From IMG/VR virus record IMGVR_UViG_3300045988_074390: a stretch of 15,398 bases of DNA; one strand, written 5' to 3'. The DNA comes from a virus. Shown in pieces: positions 5,897 through 13,356 of this stretch; the stretch's first letter is position 1, and the number at the start of each line of letters is the position of its first letter. Below the pieces are notes generated by a model. The model was not told where the DNA came from and searched no databases. It saw only the letters and a list, made by a program, of their open reading frames with translations. Made by a program: the position numbers and the translations under genes.

Positions 5897-6133
5897 ATGG
5901 CAAATGAAGTTATCACATTAATTAATAGTTTAGGGCTTCCGACCGTGGTTGCGTGTGCGTCCATGTGGTATGTAAAGTACAGAGAGGACAAAAACGACCA
6001 AAAAATTGAAAAAATGACGGAAGAACACAAGGAAGAAATGACAGATATTACGGACGCGTTAAATAATAATACGTTAGCGCTACAACGTATATGTGACATT
6101 TTTGATAGTAAGGAGGACATGAAACATGAGTAA
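5897..6133 (+). CDS. Holin, BhlA/UviB-like (78 aa)
   Basis: SD AAGGAGGTG is present. One N-terminal TM segment (ITLINSLGLPTVVACASMWYV) is followed by a charged coiled region (KYREDKNDQKIEKMTEEHKEEM), as in BhlA-family holins. The gene overlaps the endolysin start by 8 nt. Confidence 0.7.
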   Translation: MANEVITLINSLGLPTVVACASMWYVKYREDKNDQKIEKMTEEHKEEMTDITDALNNNTLALQRICDIFDSKEDMKHE

Positions 6134-7112
6134 AAAAGCTGTAGATATCTCATATCATAACGGTGTCATTGATTTTGAGAGATTAAAAAACGCTGTTGAT
6201 TATGTAATTATTCGATGTGGATATGGGCAGGATATGATATCACAAGACGATAAACAGTGGGCAAGAAATGTCAGTGAGTGCGAACGGTTGGGTATTCCAT
6301 ACGGAGTGTATTTTTATTCCTATGCAAAAACCACAGCTAGAATCGAGGGTGAAATTAATCACTGTCTTAGATTATTAAAAGGTCACACGCCTAATTTACC
6401 TGTATTTTTTGACAGTGAAGAAAAAGGAACACAGGGTGTTGCAAAGCATAACGCAAAGCGTTTTTGTGATGCAATGCTGACACATGGTTATAAGGCAGGA
6501 ATCTACGCTAGTAAATCATGGTTCGAGAATTACATTGGTGAGACATGGGGATATGATTTATGGATAGCTAGATACTCGAATGTGCTAGGTGTAGACAATG
6601 TTGATATTTGGCAGTATTCTAGTAATGGGTCTGTTGATGGTATTAACGGAAGATGTGACGTGAATCATGTTTACAAAGACTATGGTACTTCAAATTCTGC
6701 TCCACCTACACCACAGCACCCTACTAGCTCCGTAAGACCAAGAAATGAATTGATTGCTTTAGGACAACAGCACGCGATTAATTTTACGCAACATAAAATT
6801 GCAGTTGACGGTATTGTAGGAAGAAACACGAAAAGAATGGCAGTCCGTGTGGTACAAAGAGCCATGAATGCAGATTACGGGGACACTATTGCAGAGGACG
6901 GGATTGTCGGTAAAAAGACAAGAGCAAAAGCAGGTAGACATTATGTAAAGCGAGGAGAAACACAGTTTCTTGTGACAGCACTTGAAATATTATGTTTATT
7001 GCAAGGAAAAGACCCGAACGGGGTAGAGTGCCCTGGGACATTTGGAGGTGGACTGGCACGCGCTTGTGGGCGTGAATTCGTTTACGCAAAAGATATGTTG
7101 CATATGGTTTAA
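6126..7112 (+). CDS. Endolysin: GH25 muramidase with a C-terminal peptidoglycan-binding repeat domain
   Basis: The N-terminus follows the GH25 pattern: VDISYHNGVIDF..., YVIIRCGYG, GIPYGVYFYSY, DSEE, IYASKSWF, DIWQYSSNGSVDGINGRCDVN. The C-terminus has two DGIVG(R/K)xT repeats typical of PG_binding_1-like domains. Confidence 0.9.
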   Translation: MSKKAVDISYHNGVIDFERLKNAVDYVIIRCGYGQDMISQDDKQWARNVSECERLGIPYGVYFYSYAKTTARIEGEINHCLRLLKGHTPNLPVFFDSEEKGTQGVAKHNAKRFCDAMLTHGYKAGIYASKSWFENYIGETWGYDLWIARYSNVLGVDNVDIWQYSSNGSVDGINGRCDVNHVYKDYGTSNSAPPTPQHPTSSVRPRNELIALGQQHAINFTQHKIAVDGIVGRNTKRMAVRVVQRAMNADYGDTIAEDGIVGKKTRAKAGRHYVKRGETQFLVTALEILCLLQGKDPNGVECPGTFGGGLARACGREFVYAKDMLHMV

Positions 7113-7113
7113 T

Positions 7114-7131
7114 TTTATTCACGTGGAACAA
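7114..7131. promoter_or_regulatory. Degenerate palindrome copy (13/18, intact CACGTG core) in tandem with copy 4
   Basis: TTTATTCACGTGGAACAA lies immediately upstream of the perfect copy. Confidence 0.4.
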
Positions 7132-7132
7132 A

Positions 7133-7150
7133 ATGTTTCACGTGAAACAT
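7133..7150. promoter_or_regulatory. Perfect 18-bp palindrome, copy 4 (24-bp perfect palindrome 7130-7153)
   Basis: It lies in the 55-nt gap between the endolysin and tail hydrolase genes, directly before the AAGGAGGG SD of 7168. No -35/-10 pair is visible here. Confidence 0.6.
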
Positions 7151-7167
7151 TTTAAGGAGGGTAGCAA

Positions 7168-8175
7168 ATGCCAAATATTAATGTAGCCTATCAGTGGGCA
7201 GTCAATGCGTGCAATGCTCCCAACATTGGATATTCTCAGCAATACCGAAGAGGGCAGACCGTGAACGGTATTACTTATTATGACTGTAGCTCTTTTATTT
7301 CAAAAGCACTTACAGAAGCAGGGTTCTTTTCAGTGAACCCGTGGTTCACCACAAGGACAGAGGAGGGATATCTATTACAGGCAGGCTTTAAAGAGATTAG
7401 TATTAATGAGGCATGGCAGGCAGGGGATATTGTATGGCGTAGCGGTCACACAGAGATGGTATATCAGGGGGCAGGTGCAGGAAATGGCGGTATTACCATG
7501 GGAGCGCACAGTGGACGTTACCCATTACCCGAACAGGTCAGCATTAATACATATGTTTCCAAACCGTCCGCGTGGTCAAAGATATATCGTTATGGTGATA
7601 GTGCAGGAATGCCCCTTGAATGGATTCATGGAAACCGCTATCTTACAGAAGATGAAATGAAGAACAATGCTTATGTGTTCTATAGCACGATGTTTTTCAA
7701 AGATTTCACTCTAAATGCCATTGCCGGTATGCTAGGAAATATTGAAATTGAGTCAACTATCAATCCCGAACTATGGCAGTCCTTAAAAGAGGGGAACTAT
7801 GACGGTGGCTATGGTTTAGTACAGTGGACACCTGCCACGAACTACACGAACTGGGCGAATGCCCACGGATACGATATCACAGATGGTTATTATCAGTGTG
7901 TATGGTTAGACGAGGAGACAGAAAAAAGCGGACAGTGGATTGAGACAGCGAAATATCCGATATCATGGGAAGAGTTTCGAAAGTCCACAAAAGAACCGGA
8001 TTATCTCGCGTCAGTATTTCTAAAAAATTTTGAACGTGCAGGGGTTGAAAAAGAAGACGACAGAAAAAAGAATGCATTAAAATGGTATGCGTATTTGCAG
8101 TCATTATCGCCATATCCAGTACACCCACACGGAAAAAAGAAAAAAATGCCTCTTTACTTTTTCTTGCCTTGGTGA
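7168..8175 (+). CDS. Tail-associated peptidoglycan hydrolase: N-terminal NlpC/P60-like cysteine peptidase plus C-terminal phi29 gp13-type phage tail lysozyme domain
   Basis: The N-terminus has a YDCSSFISKAL catalytic-Cys context and GDIVWRSGHTEMVY His context. The C-terminus has AGMLGNIEIESTINP...GGYGLVQWTP...QCVWLDEE, typical of the gp13 N-terminal lysozyme-like family. Confidence 0.75.
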   Translation: MPNINVAYQWAVNACNAPNIGYSQQYRRGQTVNGITYYDCSSFISKALTEAGFFSVNPWFTTRTEEGYLLQAGFKEISINEAWQAGDIVWRSGHTEMVYQGAGAGNGGITMGAHSGRYPLPEQVSINTYVSKPSAWSKIYRYGDSAGMPLEWIHGNRYLTEDEMKNNAYVFYSTMFFKDFTLNAIAGMLGNIEIESTINPELWQSLKEGNYDGGYGLVQWTPATNYTNWANAHGYDITDGYYQCVWLDEETEKSGQWIETAKYPISWEEFRKSTKEPDYLASVFLKNFERAGVEKEDDRKKNALKWYAYLQSLSPYPVHPHGKKKKMPLYFFLPW

Positions 8176-8181
8176 TATAAT
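8153..8181 (+). promoter_or_regulatory. Late-type promoter for the structural operon
   Basis: TTTACT (8153-8158), 17-nt spacer, then TGA-TATAAT (8173-8181, a perfect extended -10 whose TGA is the stop codon of the preceding gene). An A-tract at 8133-8147 is positioned as an UP element. Confidence 0.6.
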
Positions 8182-8223
8182 TAAAACTGTAAAAGGGTAA
8201 TAAGTAAAAAGGAGGATATTTAT

Positions 8224-8505
8224 ATGGATTTTAATGAAGCTTTAAACGAATTAATTGACGCGGTCGCTGACGTGGAAGAACACGGAGACGCAATTGAGGT
8301 GTTACAGAATTATGAGAGTGAAAGAAGCGGTGAAGCCGACAGCGAATGGAAAGATAAGTATATCAAACTCGAAGCTGAGTACAAAAAACGCTTTAAAGAC
8401 CGCATGAAAGAGTCAGCTACTAACACAGACAGAGAAGAAAAGAAAGATGAAAAAGAAGAAAAAATCACCGTTGAAGATTTAGACTTTGACGGTAAGACAG
8501 AGTAA
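8224..8505 (+). CDS. Putative scaffolding protein (93 aa)
   Basis: SD AAGGAGGA is present. The protein is small, highly acidic and helical/coiled-coil-like, and lies directly upstream of the major capsid gene (the gp7 position in phi29). Confidence 0.55.
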   Translation: MDFNEALNELIDAVADVEEHGDAIEVLQNYESERSGEADSEWKDKYIKLEAEYKKRFKDRMKESATNTDREEKKDEKEEKITVEDLDFDGKTE

Positions 8506-8518
8506 GGGGGTCTAAATA

Positions 8519-9790
8519 ATGGCAGAAGCAACCAACGCGAATATTTTAAAAGCGGTTACACAGGAACTTTCTTTTGAGGTTCAGAATCATTTACCAACAG
8601 AGGTATCAGACAATTTACAGGCAGTGTATGACAACATTTTAAATTACGCTCCTGTAAGAAATGAGATTGTGCCATCACTCATTAACCGTATCGGCATGCA
8701 GACGGTGGACAGTATCGCGTGGAGAAATCCGTTAGCGCGATTTAAGAAAGAGCCAATGCGCTATGGAGAGACACACGAGGAAACTTATGTAAATATGTGC
8801 AAGGGTCGTGTCTATGATTCACAGGCAGATTTTAAATTTGCTTTTCAGCAATACCAGTCCTATATTATGAGCGTATTTCATAATGTAAATCTTGAAATCC
8901 AGTACCCTGTCACAGTGACTTATGACAACTTGAGAAAAGCATTCACAAGCGAGTATGGAATCCGCGACATGATTATGGCAAAAATGGAGAGCGCTATCAC
9001 AGGAGCGAACTGGGACGAATACCTTGCAATGCGTGATTTGATTAATGTCGGGTATGAAAAAGAGGTGCTTCCGGCAGTGACTGTTGACGCGATTGTAGAT
9101 GAAGCATCAGCGAAAAAGTTATTGATTGAGGTCAAAAGAGCAGTTGGAGAGTTTGGCTTCCCATTGCCGGAAAACAATCCAGCCGGAGCAACTTCTCATG
9201 CAATGCCGTCAAATCTAATTTGGATAACAACACCGGAAGTCAATGCACAGATTAGTGTTGACGCTTTAGCGTATGCGTTCCATATGGATAAGGCAGACGT
9301 AGCAGTTCAGACAGTGATTGTAGATAAATTTGCGAATAGTGCAATACAGGGCGTTCTTTGTGACGTGCGATTCTTCAATGTACGCGACCAGTTCAAAGAA
9401 ATGACTGACCAGAGATTGGCAAATGTGTTATCATGGAATTATTTCTATACACAGGTGGAAATGGTGAGCGCGAGCCCGTTCTACCCGATTCGTGTATTTA
9501 CAACGGATGCTGTCGTTGAAAAACCAACTTTAGGCGTCAAGGCAGGAACTTACACAGCAGGGCAGACACAGGAAGTAGAAGTAACTGTGACAGGTGATGC
9601 AGGCACATATCATCAGAATTTGGTGACTCTTGAAGTTGACAGCGGTGCAACCTCAGCAAAGACTTACGTTATCCCAGGGACACATTTACTTCACACAGGA
9701 GCGGACGAGACGGGAACGATTGTCTTAAAAGCAATTTACAGACCAGACGAGACTATCACAAAAACTGTAAATTTTACCAAACAGGGTTAG
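8519..9790 (+). CDS. Major capsid protein (423 aa) with a C-terminal Ig-like region
   Basis: Its position between scaffold and tail genes, its size, and a strand-rich C-terminus (VEVTVTGDAGTYHQNLVTLEVDSGATSAKTYVIPG...GTIVLKAIYRPDETITKTVNF) resemble BIG2-type decoration domains of gp8-like capsids. The family call is by synteny and composition. Confidence 0.8.
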   Translation: MAEATNANILKAVTQELSFEVQNHLPTEVSDNLQAVYDNILNYAPVRNEIVPSLINRIGMQTVDSIAWRNPLARFKKEPMRYGETHEETYVNMCKGRVYDSQADFKFAFQQYQSYIMSVFHNVNLEIQYPVTVTYDNLRKAFTSEYGIRDMIMAKMESAITGANWDEYLAMRDLINVGYEKEVLPAVTVDAIVDEASAKKLLIEVKRAVGEFGFPLPENNPAGATSHAMPSNLIWITTPEVNAQISVDALAYAFHMDKADVAVQTVIVDKFANSAIQGVLCDVRFFNVRDQFKEMTDQRLANVLSWNYFYTQVEMVSASPFYPIRVFTTDAVVEKPTLGVKAGTYTAGQTQEVEVTVTGDAGTYHQNLVTLEVDSGATSAKTYVIPGTHLLHTGADETGTIVLKAIYRPDETITKTVNFTKQG

Positions 9791-9830
9791 TTGAGTCGTT
9801 TAAATCTATAGATTTCAATGCAACTGACCC
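9769..9830 (+). promoter_or_regulatory. Candidate -1 programmed ribosomal frameshift signal (slippery heptamer plus stem-loop)
   Basis: A_AAT_TTT at 9769-9775 has zero-frame codons AAT and TTT. An 8-nt spacer follows. The 10-bp stem is 9784-9793 GGGTTAGTTG / 9821-9830 CAACTGACCC (one G-U pair), with a nested palindrome AAATCTA/TAGATTT at 9802-9815. Confidence 0.45.
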
Positions 9831-9837
9831 TTTAGTC

Positions 9838-10119
9838 ATGAGCGCGGGTATTGCTGATGGTATTGGTATTCACAATAATACAAACAAAGGTATACCAATA
9901 GATTTAATTAAAAAAGGATATTTCACCAATGTAAAAAATGAAGATGGGACTAGATTGCTCGTAGACAAACAACGGTCAAGTGTATACGATGTATATAAAA
10001 ATTATATAGCCTTTGACGCTTGTGATAAAATACAAACGGTTAACACGTATCTTGAATTAATATTAATTAATGATACTATATTAAGAACCACATCGGTTAT
10101 AGAGGTGATAGTAAAGTGA
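9838..10119 (+). CDS. Small structural ORF (93 aa from ATG 9838), possibly expressed as a 114-aa -1 frameshift extension of the capsid protein (from 9775)
   Basis: It is the only gene without an SD. Its frame is open back to 9640, across the capsid 3' end. Its TGA overlaps the GTG start of the tail-knob gene (GTGA at 10116-10119), which suggests translational coupling. Confidence 0.55.
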   Translation: MSAGIADGIGIHNNTNKGIPIDLIKKGYFTNVKNEDGTRLLVDKQRSSVYDVYKNYIAFDACDKIQTVNTYLELILINDTILRTTSVIEVIVK

Positions 10120-11732
10120 TAAATTTACCAACACAGGGAGGGGTTGCACCACGCAACCCCGAAACAAAATTAAGGTTATACAGTGGTGTGCCATGGTCTG
10201 ATGAATATGAACACGTTAGACTATACAACTCGAAAGAAGATTTACTAAATCATTTAGAGTTGTATCGTAAACATATCAATGGTGTTGATTTGTCGCACCT
10301 TGCACCTATTAAACTAGGAAATTATGATATCCGTGTGCCGTTCACAGAAATGAAAGCGCTTAATCTCAATTATTTAGCTTTTCAGAATAGTGGGATATCT
10401 AACGAATGGGTGTTTTGCTTTATTGACTCCATCGAATGGCTATCAGAAAAAACAACTAGAATCAATTTTTCTTTAGACGTTTTTCAGAATAACTTCTATG
10501 ATGCAAATATCAAGCCATGCTTTGTTGAGTATCATCACATTCCAAGGAGTAAAGACGAGATAGGAGCAAATCTAACACCTGTTAATATTGAAACGGGTGA
10601 AACAATTGTATCACGACACAAAAAATTAGACTTAACGCCAACAGATTGTTGCGCTTTTGTCACAAGAGGAACAGCAGAACAAAGTTGGTTCGAGGGACGT
10701 GTGGAAAATGGTGTTTACTGTTGGGGCAGTATTGGGCACTATGATGTAACTACAGAAGATGGTCTGAAAGGAATCAACACATTATTGGAAGATTACAACA
10801 ACCAAGGAGCGCAAGATGCAGTCATAGGATTGTTCATGTCCCCTAAATTATGTACTCTTGCTTTAGGTGGGAAAGAGATAAAGCCTAAAATAACAATCAT
10901 GCAGATTTCTGACAACGTCTTTGAGGGATATAAACCAAAAAATAAAAAGTTATATTCATATCCATGGCTGTTTTGTTTGGCAGATAATAACCAAGGAAAC
11001 ACACACATCTACAGATATGAATACAGTTACAATCGTGATAAATCTCTTGAGTTTGACAGCTACGGAACAATCGCAACACTACCGCAAGTCTTGACAACAC
11101 CTAAAAACTACAAGACACGCGAAGAATTAGGTCATGGGTTAATGAATGAAGCACTTATTAACTCTTCATTTCCTATGTGTTCGTTCTCCTCAGACACTTA
11201 TCGAGCGTGGTTAGCGCAAAACAAAAGTTCTATAGCACTATCGCAAGTTCACACTGCCGTAGATGCTACCATGGGAACAGGCACAGCAATAGCAGGGTTA
11301 GCAGGAGGAAGCTTACAAGGAGGTCTTAACGGACTAGGCAAAACAACGAATGCTTTTTGGGACGCTCTTGGAATGTTAGCAAATCAGACAGACAGAGCGA
11401 GAAACGCTGGAGTGACACACGGAAAAGCATTATCCGAAAATGTGTTGACAGGTATTAAAGAGTGTGGTGTTGACTTCTATGAAATGTCATGTAAAAAACA
11501 ATTTGCAGAAATGGCAGACAGTTTTTTTGAACAGTTCGGTTATCCAATTAATAAAATCGCTACCCCTTATTTACACTCAAGAGCCTACTGGAATTATGTA
11601 AAAACATCTCATTGTGGCTTTACTGGTGATATTGATTTAGACCAATTGAAAAAACTGAGAAATATATTTGACAACGGCGTGACTTTGTGGCATACTGATG
11701 ACATAGGGAATTATGGTTTATTGAATAACTAA
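10116..11732 (+). CDS. Tail knob / distal tube protein, phi29 gp9-like (538 aa, GTG start)
   Basis: SD AGAGGTGA is present. The N-terminal pattern matches gp9: LRLYSGVPWSDEYEHVRLYNSKEDLLNHL, YLAFQNSGISNEWVFCFIDSIEWLSEKTTRINFSLDVFQ (phi29 has ...YIMFQNADYGNKWFYAFVTELEFKN...FEIDVLQTW). Confidence 0.85.
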   Translation: MINLPTQGGVAPRNPETKLRLYSGVPWSDEYEHVRLYNSKEDLLNHLELYRKHINGVDLSHLAPIKLGNYDIRVPFTEMKALNLNYLAFQNSGISNEWVFCFIDSIEWLSEKTTRINFSLDVFQNNFYDANIKPCFVEYHHIPRSKDEIGANLTPVNIETGETIVSRHKKLDLTPTDCCAFVTRGTAEQSWFEGRVENGVYCWGSIGHYDVTTEDGLKGINTLLEDYNNQGAQDAVIGLFMSPKLCTLALGGKEIKPKITIMQISDNVFEGYKPKNKKLYSYPWLFCLADNNQGNTHIYRYEYSYNRDKSLEFDSYGTIATLPQVLTTPKNYKTREELGHGLMNEALINSSFPMCSFSSDTYRAWLAQNKSSIALSQVHTAVDATMGTGTAIAGLAGGSLQGGLNGLGKTTNAFWDALGMLANQTDRARNAGVTHGKALSENVLTGIKECGVDFYEMSCKKQFAEMADSFFEQFGYPINKIATPYLHSRAYWNYVKTSHCGFTGDIDLDQLKKLRNIFDNGVTLWHTDDIGNYGLLNN

Positions 11733-11747
11733 AGGAGGTGTATATAA

Positions 11748-12647
11748 GTGAAAAATCCGTTACGAGTTTTCGAACTAAATATTAATAAAAAGAAAAACAG
11801 TGATTTTGACATAATAAAATCTATCTTTTTTTATGATATTTTCGATATCTTTGTAAACAGGTATCAATGGCATAATCTACCCGAAGAAATTCTACCGATG
11901 TACATTGAACAAACCTTATTTTGGCATGGCTTGGGTGTATTCATCAAGGACAATATTGCAGGATATGCTTTCATGAATGTTTCATTATCGGGTTTACCAG
12001 ATATTTATAATATTCCTCAAGACAGAATCGCTTATACTGCAAATGGGTACATTAAAGAATACGGTAAAGAAAACAGTTGTATCTTATGGAATAACTACTC
12101 AACTATGCCGTATTACTATAAAGCATTGATGTATGCCGATGCAATGGCTAATACTTGGAAAACAAAGGGTATTAATATGTATGCACAGCGTACACCTGTT
12201 GCCCTTTCCGCATCAGACAATGAAAAAATGAGTTTTGAAATACTGGGAGAAATGTACGATAATTATTTACCTGTATTAAAAGTTTCTGATTCGCTAAACT
12301 TGAAAGACATCAAAGCACTGGACATGGGAGCGCCTTACATTGTAGATAAATGCGAACAGGAATTGAGAGATTTATGGTCGCAAGTGTTAACGTCTTTAGG
12401 ATATGAGAGTAACCCAGTGGAAAAAGGGGAACGCCTTGTCACAGGTGAGACAGCAGGTAATAACGGACAGGTTGAAGCAAACCGAAATGTTGGTCTTACA
12501 TTAAGAAGAAGATGTGCAAATGCTATCAATGAGTTATGGAATCTTAATGTAACGGTAGACTTCAATAGTGAATTGCCTACTATGCTAAATGGTTACATAC
12601 CCGACAAGTATATGCAAAAAGGGAAAGAGGGTGACGAGATTGAGTAA
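11748..12647 (+). CDS. Portal / upper collar connector protein, phi29 gp10-like (299 aa, GTG start)
   Basis: SD AGGAGGTG is present. Blocks recalled from phi29 gp10 are present: WHNLPEEILPMYIEQTLFWHG, NMYAQRTPVAL (NQNAQKTPVLI), GAPYIVDKC (DAPYVVDKL), KGERLVTGET (KKERMVTDEV), INELWNLNVTVDF (INELYGLNVKVKF). Confidence 0.92.
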   Translation: MKNPLRVFELNINKKKNSDFDIIKSIFFYDIFDIFVNRYQWHNLPEEILPMYIEQTLFWHGLGVFIKDNIAGYAFMNVSLSGLPDIYNIPQDRIAYTANGYIKEYGKENSCILWNNYSTMPYYYKALMYADAMANTWKTKGINMYAQRTPVALSASDNEKMSFEILGEMYDNYLPVLKVSDSLNLKDIKALDMGAPYIVDKCEQELRDLWSQVLTSLGYESNPVEKGERLVTGETAGNNGQVEANRNVGLTLRRRCANAINELWNLNVTVDFNSELPTMLNGYIPDKYMQKGKEGDEIE

Positions 12648-13341
12648 ATACACTACTACAGTTAAAGATATTTGTGAAAGCTTTATCCCTAGACAAGAAC
12701 TATGGAGCATGGACTTATCCGTGCAAAGAACCATAGATAAAACACAAGACAAATTTTTCAACTTTGATTTCCCGTTTTATTCTGATGACAGAAAAGATTT
12801 ATATACTTTTAAGACATACTTTTTACTTAGGTATTGGAATAATTATATAGGGTTTGAAACTCTAGGAATGTGGAAAACTGCTTTCAGTGCAAAAATGCAT
12901 GAATTAATGCCGTATTATACTAAATTGTATGATGCAATTCAAGATGATAACCCTTTTACAAATGTAAATATAACAATCACAGAAGCAGAAAAAGGAAACG
13001 AAAAAACAACAACAAAATCAACAGATGCAGGAAACAGTGAAGTAAAAAACAGCCAAAATTATCAGAATATTGATAGTGATAACCCACAAGTCACAGTAGC
13101 CACACAAGACTACGCAAATGCTATGAGTAGGGGTGAAACTGTCAATAATACTACAACAACAGCAAAAAATGACCACACAGGAAACGACAACAAAGACAGC
13201 AAAAGAGACAGAGACACGAAAGAAATAGGATTAAGAGGAATATCAACAAGTGAAGCAATCGAAAAATACCGCGACCAAATACAGAATATCAACCGAGAAC
13301 TTGTGGAAGCTTGTCGGGATTTATTCATGAAAGTTTGGTAA
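12640..13341 (+). CDS. Lower collar protein, gp11-like (TTG start, 233 aa)
   Basis: It lies immediately after the portal gene. TTG 12640 is preceded by GAGGGTG with a 6-7 nt spacer and overlaps the portal stop by 8 nt. The region FPFY...FLLRYWNNYIGFETLGMWKTAFSAKMHELMPYYTKLY is typical of Picovirinae lower collar proteins, with a low-complexity polar middle region. Confidence 0.7.
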   Translation: MSKYTTTVKDICESFIPRQELWSMDLSVQRTIDKTQDKFFNFDFPFYSDDRKDLYTFKTYFLLRYWNNYIGFETLGMWKTAFSAKMHELMPYYTKLYDAIQDDNPFTNVNITITEAEKGNEKTTTKSTDAGNSEVKNSQNYQNIDSDNPQVTVATQDYANAMSRGETVNNTTTTAKNDHTGNDNKDSKRDRDTKEIGLRGISTSEAIEKYRDQIQNINRELVEACRDLFMKVW

Positions 13342-13356
13342 AAGGAGGTGTGATAT

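Noticed and set aside
5845-6153. 102-aa minus-strand ORF antisense to the holin gene
   Set aside because: It has no SD. The plus-strand holin has a strong SD, correct holin topology and coupling to the endolysin. A convergent gene here would collide with the late promoter.
4562-7150. Repeated palindromes as a CRISPR array or a MITE-like mobile element
   Set aside because: Spacing is irregular (about 0.2-1.3 kb) with genes between copies. There are no cas genes, no target-site duplications and no longer conserved flanks.
4562-7150. Palindromes as simple rho-independent terminators
   Set aside because: The stems are short and AU-rich (two to three G-C pairs) and only two of the four copies are followed by a T-run. 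One copy sits inside a coding region and one overlaps a -35 box. Terminator function may contribute but does not explain the exact sequence conservation.
7406-7660. 84-aa alternate-frame plus-strand ORF inside the tail hydrolase gene
   Set aside because: It has no SD and lies within the catalytic NlpC/P60 domain coding region. It is likely a chance open frame in a somewhat GC-richer segment.
8133-8147. A6-G-A7 run near the end of the tail hydrolase gene as a translational or transcriptional slippage site
   Set aside because: Both alternative frames terminate within ~10-20 codons, so there is no extended product. The tract is better explained as Lys codons doubling as an UP-like element for the 8153 promoter.
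9788-9811. Read-through of the capsid TAG stop codon
   Set aside because: The zero frame hits another TAG after only 6 codons (TTG AGT CGT TTA AAT CTA TAG), so read-through cannot reach the downstream ORF. The -1 frameshift explains the layout better.
12589-12639. Upstream ATG start for the lower collar gene
   Set aside because: It would overlap the portal gene by 59 nt and has no SD. TTG 12640 has GAGGGTG at correct spacing and gives the typical MSKY... N-terminus.
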